Shown here: in pieces, positions 13,677 to 27,520 of the stretch | Numbering within the stretch: the first letter of the stretch is position 1 | Layout: each line of letters starts with the position of its first letter | Assembly (NCBI GenBank): GCA_951406725.2 | Contig: OX597814.1 | Location: forward strand, 17,856,001-17,920,000 | From: Octopus vulgaris | Taxonomy: Eukaryota | Reading direction: 5' to 3' | Length of the DNA: 64,000 nt | The notes under the pieces: generated by a model | Seen by the model: only the letters and a program-made list of their open reading frames with translations | Database searches by the model: none | What the model was told of the DNA's origin: nothing | Program-made: the position numbers and the translations under genes

Positions 13677-14734
13677 GAAGAAAGAGAAACGTATACAATG
13701 GGAATCCACATCATGTCTGTTAATAGTTCACTCTTGATCATAAGTCCAGATGTTAAGGTCTTTTCCTCTACTAAATCATTCCAACATCACCTGTCCAGAT
13801 GCTGCGCTGTACTCTAGCCCAATATTGAACGTGTATTTAGCCTTGCTCCATATTTTATTCCTCTGTTATAATTAATTGATTCGTATCACAAGACCAGATG
13901 AAACAGCTACCAACTTCAACGCCAACAACAAAATCACATCATCATCATCACCATCATCATTATCAATAATAAATAAATAAGACTGCCATTGATTATGATG
14001 AGTCATTTCTGTTGCTCTCATATCCAGTATTGTCCATTCACATTTCTTCCTTCATCATGCACTTTTATCACCCAACACTTTCTCTCTTGTCCGCTCTACC
14101 TACTCCCTCTGTCTCTGTCCCTGTCTATCTGGCTGACATACACATTCTCCGTCTGTCTACCCCCCTCTTTCTCTCACACTTTCCCCCTTTTACTCGCTTG
14201 TTCTTTCTTTTTTCTCTCTAGTTCCTTCTAGTTCCATCATTTTCCATTTCAATCTGTCTAATTTCCTCAAAGCAAATTTGTTCTCTGTCTGTGGTATCTT
14301 TGTCGATACTAGAAGCAGACAGTGAAAAACTGACTGTACGGTTCTAGTTACATCGCGGCAAATCCCAGACATGTTTTCCTCGAACCATTTACTCAATTCG
14401 CTATCACTGTGTGATTTAACGATCGATCTTTTACGTAGTTGCTTGGTATGCCCGAAAAAGCAACCCTATAATCTTGAAAAAAAAAAAGGAAAAAAAAAAA
14501 AATTCAGGTTCTTTTTCGATGACACACTCTGAGGGGTACCGCAGTTATAAAGATGGAATGCTCATGAGTAGAATATATTCATCACATTTACTCATTGAGC
14601 GTTCATTCAGGAAAAATAAGAGCAACAATATTGTGAGTTACAGCTAATTCCTTGTTGCCTGATATTTTTATAGTCTAAATTAATAATGGTTTAAATGTTG
14701 GCAGAAGGCCAGCATTATGGAGGCCGGGGTAAGT

Positions 14735-15003
14735 TCATTACATCAACCCCAGTACTCAACTGGTATATATATATTATTAACTCCGAAAGGACAAAAGGCA
14801 AAGTCGAAACAGGAAGTAAGAGTGAGAGAAAGTTGGGGCGAAAGAGTACAACAGGGGTCGCCACCCTACCCTCCCTGCCGGAGCCTCGTGGAGCTTTGGG
14901 TGTTTTTGTTCAATAAACACACACAACGCCCGGTCTGGGAATCGAAACCTCGATCCTCCGACCGCGCGTCCGCAGCACTACCCACTAGGCCATTGCGCCT
15001 CCA
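14735..15003 (-). mobile_element. SINE family A 5' half (about 14807-15003) abutting a family C fragment
   Basis: Minus-strand head GGAGGCGCAATGGCCTAGTGG...GGTTTCGATTCCCAGACC, followed by a tcgactttgcctttt segment of family C. Confidence 0.75.
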
Positions 15004-16722
15004 CACCACCTCCAATAGTTGTTTGAAATTTAGGGAAAAGACTAGAAATTCTAAGAAGAGTAGGATTTGTCGATTACATCGACTCCCAGTTGGATGAAGA
15101 TTAAAGCTGACTTCGGTAAGATTTGAGCTCAGAACGTAAATTACTTGAAGAAATACCACAAGGAATTTTTCTCCTATGTTTTAACGATTCTACAAACTCA
15201 CCATCCTTGATGATGAGTTCTACCATAAGCGTATGTACACGTATTCAGTGGTGGGGGAAAAAATCAATTAAATCAACTTCAGTACTTGTCAAATATTTAT
15301 TTGATTCCCTTTGAAAAGACTTAAAGTAAAACGGATTCCTGTGGGATTTGAACTCAAAACATAAAGGGAACGTAACTGAATAACGTAGATGTTATACAGC
15401 GTTCGACCGATTCTGCCAGAATAGTAACAACGTTGTGTGCGTGCGTGTGTGTGTGCGTGAATTCCCAGCTGCGAGCTTGTCTCTTCCCATTTTTCCATTA
15501 TATATACATATATAAATATATGTCTGGCGCTTTATTGTCATGTCTGTTCCCGCAGAAACTCATGCGCTTCTTCGTGATTCGTCACACACACACACACACA
15601 CGTAGGCGCGCATGCGTAGGCGTGTCAGTATGTGGTTGTAGAGTGAGGATGTCAGAGTAAGTTAGATAATAAGACAAACACTTATACATGTATGCATACT
15701 TACACACATATCTAGATATCTATAGATCTTTTCGTACAATCTATGTAGCCATCATTCTTTGCACATATATCATTCACTGTACTTTTATAATTATCTATTC
15801 AAGACCATTTCGGTTGATAAATGGTCCACATGGCAGCTCTCCTTAATCAGACGTATGGCACGAAGGTAGCGAATCAAACATGTTACTGCAATTCACAGGT
15901 CCAGTACACCCGCATTTACAAAAGTAATAAATCTAGCGTTTCAGGTTTGACCATCGTTATAAACAACTATGACAATCTTATATTTATCAAGGACTTCATG
16001 TCCTGAAGATCTAGAATCTAGAACATTCTTGACGCCATTTTACTTCATTCTTCTCTTTACATTTTTATTATGCATATATCTAATCTGAGATAAAATTAAT
16101 GATTAGATTCAACACATAGGAAGATAATATACAATTTGCCAAGCCTACTAGGTTACATTTTACAATTTGCCAAGCCTATCATAGTTACATATAGTCGCCG
16201 TCCAATTCAATGTTCCCTTCAATTGTACAATGTCGTTGAACCATCTATGAGGAAGAAACAGTTCTGGCTTTGCCACGGGCTTAGAAGCTAATCGATAGCA
16301 CTAACAAAGTAACGCAAAAGCTCCTTCATGGTTGGAAGAAACTGCTACCACTCTATAAACTTCTGAGCACTACTATTTTTGGATAAGACCCAAACCAATA
16401 ATATTTTCAATCCGATGTATAAATTTATGAAATGTCATTAGAGCATACACTGAAAATATATCGTAAAGTCCCTGGCCCTACTTTATTTCTTTCTGCTGTC
16501 TAATATAGTATTTGTTGTATGGTATGATCATAAACAAGCTGCCATTTTCAGCGTACAGTCTAGCTGTTCACTTCAGTATAGCACATTGGCATTGCATTCT
16601 CTATGTTTCTGCTATTAAAATTTTACCCCTCTCCTTTCGATGTTCCTTTCGTACTTTTCTTATTTACTCTCCTACCCCATCTCCTTCTCCCCACGTGTGC
16701 ATACATAAATGCATACATAAAT

Positions 16723-16769
<47 letters not shown>

Positions 16770-17396
16770 CACATAAAATACATGTATACAAACATAATAC
16801 ATATCTTCATATACACCGACGCATAGACGCACTTTTGAACAATATAGTTGTATGCATCTATATACAGAACAACACACACGTATATAGACAATATTTATAC
16901 GTGTTTATACATAAAAGCAATACACACACACACACACATATATATACATACTGTTACACACATCTAACATAGATACAGACACATGTGCTTGTGCGCGCGT
17001 ATGAGGCAGAGTGTGTGTGTGTATATATGTGTGTTTGTGAGTAAGTGAGTAAATGCGCGTATACACGTAGAATGTTTTACATTCTCATACATACATTTTC
17101 ATGTATTCTCTTATCCAGCTCGTATTGAAGTCTGCAACACACAAGCCTAAGTGGAGCGCTGGTCTTAGAATTTATATCCACCATTAGATCCTGATATTTA
17201 TCGATATGCCTCCGGGGCATTACAGTGCGCAGGCATCCGCCGAACACCGCTATGCTCACGCATACACAATGTGACGTATGCATGCGCATCAATACTCACG
17301 CATTCCACAATTGCATACATGCTGCTCGCTCTCTTTCTATGTATAATATCTATGTGTACGTTGGCACGTACATACATACATATGTATATAAGTACT

Positions 17397-17460
<64 letters not shown>

Positions 17461-17799
17461 GTATGTGTGTGTTTGTGTACGTATGTATGTTTACATTGGA
17501 ATACAGAATTATAAGGATCAATAGTGTATAAGGAAGATGAGATATAAGAGGGGGAAGAGACGATAAAATAGTGCGTACGTTATTTACATTTGGTTCTGAT
17601 TCTATTTTAATTACATGGATACTTCAAGATCTCAGTCATCCCTGTACTCAATCAAGAAATAGTGACATACATCTACGAATACGGACGCACGCACTTGCTC
17701 TTTCAAATGCGTACAAATACACACATACATACATGCAAATATATGTATGTGTATTCATCTCTATGGATATACACACACACATATATACATACACACACG

Positions 17800-17860
<61 letters not shown>

Positions 17861-17969
17861 GTATATATAATGCATAAGATTATGTGAATATATGAGTACA
17901 CAAACATATAAACACATATGTATCGATGCATGTACACACGCATGTAATCACATACATAGATATGCAGAT

Positions 17970-18034
<65 letters not shown>

Positions 18035-18333
18035 TGAATGCGTACATATATATATATATATATTTACAGAAACGTACGTGCATACGCATACATAAATGCA
18101 TATATATATATATTCACATGCATGTCTAAAAACATACACACACATATACATATAAATACATATACATATAAATACATATACATATAAATACATATACATA
18201 TAAACACACTCATATTCTTTTACACTGTATAGCAGACTGTTCTTGCGAATGATCTCAGTCGCATCGCAGCAGATTTTCTAAGATTTTTCTAGCTCGTTGC
18301 TCAACCCTTCTCCACGGCGCACCAAGGTCGATC

Positions 18334-18367
<34 letters not shown>

Positions 18368-18469
18368 TACAAATACTTGCACACATGCGTACATACACTC
18401 ACTCACACTGAGTCGGCTAATGTGTGTCAGGATCAGAAATTACTATTGTTATTTAGTTTATAGTCAAGG

Positions 18470-18672
18470 TGGGGAGCAGGACAAATCGTTAAGCAAGCCG
18501 GACAACATGCATTTTGTCTGTCTGCACGTTCTGTGTCCAATTTCCGGCAAAGTCACCTTTGCCTTTCACTCTTCCAGGGTCGATGTAATAAGTACCACCT
18601 GTGCACTGGGGTCGATGAAATCGACTTACTTCTTCCTCCGAACCTGCTCGATTCGTACCAAAATTTGAAACC
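18470..18672 (+). mobile_element. Diverged SINE family C
   Basis: cctttgcctttcactcttccagggtcgatgtaataagtacc...ctggggtcgatgaaatcgactt. Confidence 0.7.
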
Positions 18673-18734
18673 AATACTACCATAGTAGTTTCAGAAAAAG
18701 CACAGTTTACATACTTGCATTGCCGGATCTTATT

Positions 18735-19528
18735 GTCTCCGTTACGAGGTCCTTAAATTTGTGTATTTTCTCCCGGTTTTCCTTTTCAAACATGGACAGA
18801 GGTTCACTGTTAAAACTAGTTTCACCTGTGCCTCTGAGAACCTAATTCCGGGTTGCGGTCATCAGTACATTGGACAAACGAGTTTAACTTTGAGAAAGAG
18901 AATCACTCTGCATAAAGAGCAAGTCCGTTTCCCGCAATACAGACAAATTCCTCTCGGTGAACACATAGAAAAATGTGCAGGTAACATCAAATCAAATTTC
19001 ACAGCCTTCCCTTTCTACCAGTGCAAAGACACAAACTCTCAACTAGAACGCTTAAATAAAGAAACCTTTTTCATTGAAAAATACAAAACGCGTCTTAATA
19101 TGCACGCATAATCAACTTTTATATTTTTACATATTACATCACTGTACATAAATCCCCTATTAAAAAAGGTCTTTTTTAAAAATAACTGTCTCTTTTCTGT
19201 ACACATATTTATTCCTCACCCATTTACCGAAACCTGAACAGTTATCTCCTTTACACACAACAATAACAATAATAACAACCAATTACCTCCTTTTATCTGT
19301 CTACTTGCGAAGTCATTCACTCGTGAATGTCATTACACACAACATGGACCGAATTTCTTCTTAAGAAAAAATATATATTCATATAAATTAAACGTTATAT
19401 CATGAATAGCGATAGCGAAACCGGTCGATATATTAAAAATTATATTAAACCCATGTAAGTGTGCGTATTTTCTTATATACATTACAAGTCACCACGTGGG
19501 GACAACCGAAATTCCTCTTTTCTGTTAC
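18735..19528 (+). mobile_element. Penelope-like retroelement 3' relic with GIY-YIG endonuclease remnant (ORF 18761-19111)
   Basis: FTCASENLI..GCGHQYIGQTSLTLRKRITLHK...EHIEKC...RLNKETFFIEKYKTRLN shows the YIGQT-R-R-H, E and LN hallmarks of PLE GIY-YIG domains; 3' region homologous to 51170-51545; ends at (TA)n. Confidence 0.85.
19396..19432 (+). ncRNA. Minimal type I hammerhead-like motif with variant core AUGAAUA (A3-U8)
   Basis: TATATC ATGAATA GC-GATA-GC GAAA CCGG TC GATATA: 6-bp stem I, 2-bp stem II with tetraloop, palindromic stem III ACCGGT, GUC triplet at 19424-19426. Confidence 0.65.
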
Positions 19529-19642
<114 letters not shown>

Positions 19643-19644
19643 GG

Positions 19645-19900
19645 TGTGTTGGGACGACTGATAAGTCAGTTGACGGGCACTTTTACTCAAAGAGTCCTTC
19701 ACAACTCTGTCCATGCGATTCACCTTAATCTCTGTCTGTGTGGAATAGAATAGCCCAAAGTGTGCTTGTTTTACCATTCCCACAGGCTTTCATTTTTGAT
19801 TTTTATCAGCATCACCACTTTCCTGTTGGTACACCACCAGGGGCTAGAGAGTAAGTTTCCGTTATGAGTTTCAGCCATACCTACGGGACTCAATAGAATA
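19645..19900 (-). mobile_element. Degenerate non-LTR retrotransposon fragment with restriction-like endonuclease region (R4/Dong-like)
   Basis: With one frameshift the minus strand reads [30 protein letters not shown], resembling the recalled ILWD-x-IHTDREIKANRPDIVV motif; adjoins (TA)n. Confidence 0.5.
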
Positions 19901-20273
19901 TGAAACTAAATTAAACTCTTCTAGAAATTTGAGGTTTTCTCCCATTATGAATGTGCGTCTGTGTGTGTTTGTGTGTGTCTGTATGTGTGTGTGTTTACGC
20001 ACAGACAATACCAATACTTACGAATGTATATTTATAAATTTTTATTGACAAATCTTCTTTTTGGCAATAATCAATATATCTTGTAGAATAAACTTCTTGT
20101 AATTTCTTATAATAAATCTTCCCTTTTATCGCACTTTGTAATTGATATACGGAAACATAACCTTACCACATATGCATATACACATAGTTCTCTTTCTATC
20201 TCTCTCTTTCTCACACACACACATACACATACGCTCACAGACATACACATATTTATATACATATATATATGTA

Positions 20274-20312
<39 letters not shown>

Positions 20313-20320
<8 letters not shown>

Positions 20321-20490
20321 ATTTTTTGCGTAATAAGATGTAAAAACCAAGGCTGTGTAGATATTAGAGCATTTATAGATAGAAGGTCTTACAGCTGTTT
20401 CTAGGATATTAATAATATTCCTTCATCGGAGACGGTGTGAGATGAAAAATTAAAGAGTGAGATGGAGGAAAGAAAATAGATGTAAGATAT
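20313..20490 (-). mobile_element. Small (TA)n-flanked element with a hammerhead-like motif at 20386-20433
   Basis: Reverse complement: GTCT CCGATGA AGGAATATT-ATT-AATATCCT A GAAA CAGCTG TA AGAC; same family as 55050-55230. Confidence 0.7.
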
Positions 20491-20497
20491 GTATGGG

Positions 20498-20559
<62 letters not shown>

Positions 20560-20560
<1 letters not shown>

Positions 20561-20790
20561 TATGCAACCGTTAATCTAGTCACGTTTTTTTTATTTTTCT
20601 CTCTCCGTTTTTCTTTTCTTCTCTTCAGCTGTTTTCTCTCTTCATTCTTTTCTGAAGAGTGTATGCTTGAAACGTCAATGATTTCATTTTTCCTGGGCCG
20701 ACAAACTAATACACCTTGTTTGTATTAGTATTCCTCACCTGTTTCTGTCTTTTTTTAAATTTTTATTTTTGTACAATTTCGAACTAAATG
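20560..20790 (+). mobile_element. Small (TA)n-flanked element with a degenerate hammerhead-like motif at 20642-20681
   Basis: TCATT cttttctga A GAGT-GTAT-GCTT GAAA C GTC AATGA; downstream actaatac segment shared with the 50379 and 61355 elements. Confidence 0.55.
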
Positions 20791-21519
20791 TATGTGTGTA
20801 TGTGCGTGTGCACGTGTGTGCGTTCGTACATGTGTGTCTTTATGTAAAAATATTGTGCTGGTTGGCATATTTTGTATCACCACGCTAACCCTAATCCACC
20901 ATTTTGGTTAATTTGACTCCAGTTTCATTTAGTTTTTGTATCCGAGTGCTCCTTATTAGATATGAGGAAAAATTATGGCTAGATCATATCATGATACGGC
21001 AACAACAGAATTATTATAAATATATGCAACAAATTTGGTGGAAGTATTGCGCCGGCTCCGAGTACAGTCGTACAAGCAGACAGCTACAAACATATTCACA
21101 CTCGCTCACACATATATACACATCAGCATATATTTATATATCACGGAAGAGAGAGATACGTGAAAGGATAACTGCAAATTGGCAAAAAAAGTTGTAAATA
21201 GTCGCGACTAAGTACTTCAGATATATTTCAAGAAGAACGATGCTCTTCTATCGCGAAATGTGTTTGAAGATTTTAAGTAGTTGTATAAAAACGAATAAAT
21301 CGTAACATTTGGACAAATATCTTAACTGAGGTGGAGAAGTAACAGAAAAAAAAAATCTTCAGTGGAAAAGTACAAAAGAAAATTGCTTATGCTCACGCCC
21401 TCTCACAAAAAAATCCTATATTATTATCATTATTCTAGTAGCTTCAGAAAAAGACACCTTTTACTTATTTGCATTATCAACATGTATTTGTGAACACACA
21501 CGCATATACATACCTACAT

Positions 21520-21622
<103 letters not shown>

Positions 21623-21774
21623 CACACACATATATATATGTTTGTATGTATGTATATATATATGTGTATGTATATGTATGTATATATGTATGTATATGTA
21701 TGTATATATATGTATGTATGTATATGTATGTATATATGTATATATATATATATGTATATATATGTGTGTGTATA

Positions 21775-21843
<69 letters not shown>

Positions 21844-22026
21844 GTGCACACATATTTACATGCATGCGTATATATAAACACCACGTACACGTACACATAT
21901 GCATATGTTCACTCTTGCATATATGTATGTATGTATGTATATATACGCAGATGCTTAATCTTAGTTGTTGAAATGAAGACATGTTAACATACAACCATTC
22001 AAATGCGCGTGTATGTGTGTATATGA

Positions 22027-22088
<62 letters not shown>

Positions 22089-22806
22089 AAGCGTGTATGT
22101 ATATGTCAGAAGAATGATAAAGCACAGAGAAAGAAGGAACGTGAATGAAACATTGACCTGTATACCTTTACAAGGAACCCATCCACTACCACTGCGGCTG
22201 CTACGGCTAATGCTGGAGAAATGCGCACCATGCAACAATTACCCAATGCACATTGTTAGATGAACAATAACATCTGAGAATTAGAAGAGGAAGAAGAAAA
22301 AAATGAACAGAAGAATATAGAAAACTATGTAGAAAAAAAAAAAATATATATATATATATATTTATATGTATACGACTGTATGAAAGAGACAATATGCGAG
22401 TGTGGGAATATGTAAAAGAGAAAAAGATGGAATATACATGAACAGTTTCGTATAGAATAAAAGAGAATTTGTGTGGTTAAAAGTAGAGATGAAGATGTGT
22501 TGAAGAACGTCTTGTAAATAGATCGAATGTTATATTGTGTAAGAACTGGTTCACAGAGTCAGACTCGGATATAATAGAACAAATAAATAAATGAATAAAT
22601 AAATAAATGAATAAATGGAATAGCAAAATGAGAAGAAAAAAAAAAATTATTGCTGGAATAGGGAATGCTTTTCGAGGTAAATACAGAAAATCTCTAAATG
22701 GATAAACGATAGAAAGACTGATAGATAGATAGATGGGAAGGTGTATATCAATAAATAAATATATAGAGAAATAATAGATAACATGAATGTGTGTATAATA
22801 TATATC

Positions 22807-22868
<62 letters not shown>

Positions 22869-22931
22869 GTATATATATATATATATATGTATATACATAC
22901 ATATATATATATACATATGTATATACATACA

Positions 22932-22997
<66 letters not shown>

Positions 22998-23052
22998 CAT
23001 ATGTATATACATACATGCATATATATACATACATATGTATATACATACATGC

Positions 23053-23090
<38 letters not shown>

Positions 23091-23197
23091 AAAATGCATG
23101 GTAAATAAACAACGACAGATAAAACGCAAACGCATACTGAGTGTTATCAACCAAATAGTAAGACTCAGTCTTGCACCATTAAAGATATGTATATGTA

Positions 23198-23267
<70 letters not shown>

Positions 23268-23573
23268 TGTAGGTATATGTATATATATTCATGTGTGTGT
23301 TTATGTTGAGATTATTGGATACGATGACTACACCAAGGGTATCACAGTTCCTATCAAGAATTACAAGTAATTTGAAAACTAAGGATGTCGTCATCAATTC
23401 GAAACTGAACATATCCATTATCAAAAACTGAAAAAAAGCGCTTGGTTACAAGCACTATACTAATCTGAGCGTGTCGCGACCCATTTGTCATGTTTTTGAG
23501 CAAAATATACACTATCGTTACCAATTTTCTCTTCATATAAGGACTTTAACCCCAGAAGTTCGTAATATAAAGT

Positions 23574-23935
23574 GTGGAGGCGCAATGGCCAAGTGGTTAG
23601 AGCAGCGGACTCGCGGTCGTAGGATCGCGGTTTCTATTCCCAGACCGGGCATTGTGAGTGTTTATTGAGCGAAAACACCTAAAGGCTCCTCCTGCAGGAG
23701 GTGGTGGTGAACCCTGCTGTACTCTTTCACCACAACTTTCTCTGTTTCTGTTGTACCTGTATTTCAAAGGGCCAGCCTTGTCACACTCTGTGTCACGCTG
23801 GATCTCCTCGAGAACTACGTTAAGGGTACACGTGTCTGTGGAGTGCTCAGCCACTTGCACGTTAATTCCACGAGCGAGCTGTTCAGTTGATCGTATCAGC
23901 TGGGACCCTCATCGTCGTAACCGACGGAGTGCTCC
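23574..23935 (+). mobile_element. Full-length SINE family A with 11-bp TSD
   Basis: TAATATAAAGT at 23563-23573 and 23936-23946; homologous to the 3639 copy. Confidence 0.92.
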
Positions 23936-24452
23936 TAATATAAAGTAAAGTGAACTGTTATGTTGCTTCTGCCTTCATTTCTAGTTAGCACTGCTTTCTG
24001 AAACAATTTTAGCACACGTCATGTATGTATGTATGTATGTATGTGTGAATGCATGCATGTAAGGTGCACTTTTCTGTCATGAACGACAGATGCAACGTTT
24101 TGCAGAACAACCTGCTCAGATGGTTCTTTTTGTAGTGATTGAATTAGTGTGATGTACATTAGTTCCCTTTCTTCATCAAATAAACTTTATCTGTACAGGT
24201 GCGCGGTGTGCTACACATCGTATGTCGATTTGATCGCGGAACGTTGTGAAATGTCCTATTTTCCTTTACAAATAGAACGCAGTGCCCGGCTCGGGGAGTC
24301 GAAACCCCAATCTTGCAATCATGAATCCGACATCCCTAACCACAAAGCCACGCGCCTCCACACACACACACACACACAGACACACACACACACACACATA
24401 CACACACACATACACACACACACACACACACATTAATATATATCAGATTTTT

Positions 24453-24883
24453 AGGCGGTGAGCTGGCAAAAACGTCAGCACGCCGGGCGAAATGCGTAGC
24501 CGTATTTCGTCTGCCGTTACGTTCTGAGTTCAAACTCCACCGATGGTCGACTTTGCCTTTCATCCTTTCGGGGTCGATTAAATAAGTACCAGTTACGCAC
24601 TGGGGACGATGTAATCGACTTAATCCTTTTGTCTGTCCTTGTTTGTCTCCTCTATGTTTAGCCCCTTGTGGGCAGTAAAGAACTAACAATCATTATTGGC
24701 AGGCCGGGAAAAATTCTTAGCGGTTTTTCGTCCGTCTGCACGTTCTGAATTCAAATTCTACCGTGGTCGACTTTGCCTTTCCACCTTACAGGGTCGAAAA
24801 AGTAAGCACCAGTTGAGCATTGTGGTCAATGTAACCGACTTAGCCCCTACCCTGGAGTTGCTAGTCTTGTGCTAAAATTTGAA

Positions 24884-24886
<3 letters not shown>
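24453..24886 (+). mobile_element. Two adjacent SINE family C copies (about 24453-24686 and 24697-24886)
   Basis: AGGCGGTGAGCTGGC head, GAGTTCAAA box and gtcgactttgcctttc core seen twice. Confidence 0.85.
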
Positions 24887-24951
<65 letters not shown>

Positions 24952-24954
24952 GTC

Positions 24955-24996
<42 letters not shown>

Positions 24997-25127
24997 ATTT
25001 TGGATAATTTCGGTTAGATATGAGAAATGGTAGAGAATCACCGTAAATAGATACATTAATGTATTTAGCGTAGTGTTTCTTCGATATTCCGTGATTTAAA
25101 TGCCATTTGAACAAACGCTGCATTTTT

Positions 25128-25300
25128 ATAAGTGATATTGTTGAATATTTATAAGCGAAATTCAATGAATTATCGATAAAATCGTTTATAAGCGACATTA
25201 TTTAATATCTTCAAGTGATATCATTAAATATCGATAAAATAAGTACAAGCGATATTATCAAACATATAAAAAGTGCTACAATATTAGATATCGATTAGAC
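25128..25300. repeat. Degenerate minisatellite with about 58-60 bp dimeric period
   Basis: AAG(C/T)G sub-units start at 25128, 25151, 25188, 25211, 25245 and 25269 (spacings 23, 37, 23, 34, 24). Confidence 0.6.
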
Positions 25301-25703
25301 AGGTAAAATATCGAGTGATTAAATATATTAAGATTTACATTTCTGTTTAAATGATTTGCAGGCTTTTTGTTACATATCTGCTCAATCCATTTAATTCTAG
25401 AAGCCTGATGCTTGTTTCTACACGCTTCTCATGTATTGGTTCCTCGGATATTGGTAAGCTGGGAGAATTGTTAGCACGTCGGACGAAAATGCTTAGCAGT
25501 ATTTATGCCGGCTTTATATTTTAGGTTCAAATCCTGCCAAAGGCGACTTTGTCTTTCATCCTTTTCGTTGTCGACAAAAAAGAAAATACCAGTTAAATAT
25601 CGGGGTCTATGTAATCGATTTACTCCCTATCGTCAAAATTGCTGGCCTTGTACCAAAATCAGAGTGATTTCTGGAGTGTGTTTTTTTTAAGCCCAGTGAC
25701 AGG

Positions 25704-26125
25704 CTCTTTCTCTTTTCTCTTTTACTAGTTTCAGTCATTTGACTGTGGCCATGCTGGAGCACCGCCTTTAATCGAGCAGATCGACCCCGGGACTTATTCT
25801 TTTGTAAGCCCAGTACTTATTCTATCGGTCTCTTTTGCCGAACCGCTAAGTAACGGGGACATAAACACACCAGCATCGGTTGTCAAGCAATGCTAGGGGG
25901 ACAAACACAGACACACAAACACACACACACGCATATATATACATATATACATATATACGACGGGCTTCTTTTCAGTTTCCGACTAACAAATCCACTCACA
26001 AGGCTTTGGTCGGCCCGAGGCTATAGTAGAAGACACTTTACCCAAGGTGCCACGCAGTGGGACTGAACCCGGAACCATGTGGTCGGTAAGCAAGCAACTT
26101 ACCACACAGCCACTCCTGCGCCTAT
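25704..26125 (-). mobile_element. Full-length SINE family B
   Basis: Closely matches the 13029, 32254 and 58506 copies. Confidence 0.92.
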
Positions 26126-26220
26126 GTGGGGTTTTTTTTTTAATGTTTACGCTTAGGTTAAGTCCGAATCAAACAGATCTTTTTATCATGGTCACTCTAT
26201 GATCGCACATCGAATTCGGT

Positions 26221-26391
26221 GATGACCCCCCCATTAATTGTTGATCCTTCTTTGGATGACCCCCCATTAATTGTTGATCCTTCTTTGGATGACCCCCCAT
26301 TAATTGTTGATCCTTCTTTGGATGACCCCCCATTAATTGTTGATCCTTCTTTGGATGACCCCCCATTAATTGTTGATCCTTCTTTGGATGA
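26221..26391. repeat. 33-bp minisatellite, 5 near-identical units
   Basis: Unit GATGACCCCCCATTAATTGTTGATCCTTCTTTG; the first unit has one extra C; no spacers. Confidence 0.97.
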
Positions 26392-26478
26392 ATAAATTAC
26401 CAATGCTGCATGTGCAATTTCACCCTTAGACAAGATGTGTGGATTTTCTCAGTTGCACACAAAGCTTTTGGTTTTCTC

Positions 26479-26833
26479 CTCTTTTACTCTTTTGTAAGCC
26501 TAGTTACATATTCTATCGGTCTCTTTTGCCGAACCGCTAAGTTACGGGGACGTAAACACACCAGCAACGGTTGTCAAGCGATGTTGGAGGGTGGGGGGAC
26601 AAACACAGAAAAAACATACACACACACATATATATATATATATATGTATACGACGGGCTACTTTCAGTTTCCGTCTACCAAATCCACTTACAAGGCTTTG
26701 GTCGCCTCGAGGCTATAGTAGAAGACTAATAGTAGAAGTCAGTCCCACTACGTGGCCCAAGGTGCCACGTAGTGGGACTGAACTCGGAACCATGTGGCTG
26801 GTAAGCAAGCTACTTACTACACAGCCACTCCTG
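26479..26833 (-). mobile_element. SINE family B with a deletion near the 3' end
   Basis: Tail cttttact joins directly to cttttgtaagcc; the remainder matches the family. Confidence 0.85.
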
Positions 26834-27381
26834 ATAATGTTCAACGTGTCTGTTCCGCGCAAGTGAGAACCTAAAAGATGGCAGCAAGACTTTGCGTTCG
26901 TGTGGGGTTGATATTACTTCTCCCCCAAGCAGTTTTCAGTTCGTTTGAAACTGTTTTTTTTTTACCTCAACACAAACATAATTTCTACTAGTGCAATTTA
27001 GCCAGAGCTATTCAGTATTATATCTCTTACGTACAGTTTATTTGTCATATACGCATTTTTCATTGAATTTTTTTTTCTTTTTAATTCAGGAAATTTAAAC
27101 TATGCTTAATTGACTTTGCAAAGAGCATATTTTAAAAACGATTATTTAACTCACCTTCATCCGCCCCAGCTCTATATTCTAACCCTAAACGCAGGAATGG
27201 AAGACACTAAAATAGATAATACTACTCATTCTATTTTTGTTCTACGTTCCGCTATGTTAAGGCCAATTGCTGAAACACTGTCAGTCATATAAATATTGAT
27301 TTATTATGTCAAAACCAAAGTAACTAAAGTGTGAGTTTCACTCTCTCCCTCCCTCTCTCTCACACACATAGAGAGTGAGAA

Positions 27382-27451
<70 letters not shown>

Positions 27452-27454
27452 ATT

Positions 27455-27520
<66 letters not shown>

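Noticed and set aside
16190-16480. Possible very decayed DNA transposon fragment
   Set aside because: No convincing motif or terminal repeat could be read.
26221-26391. CRISPR-like array or repeat protein (GGHPKKDQQLM)n
   Set aside because: Units are contiguous without unique spacers, the context is eukaryotic, and the ORF arises because 33 is a multiple of 3.
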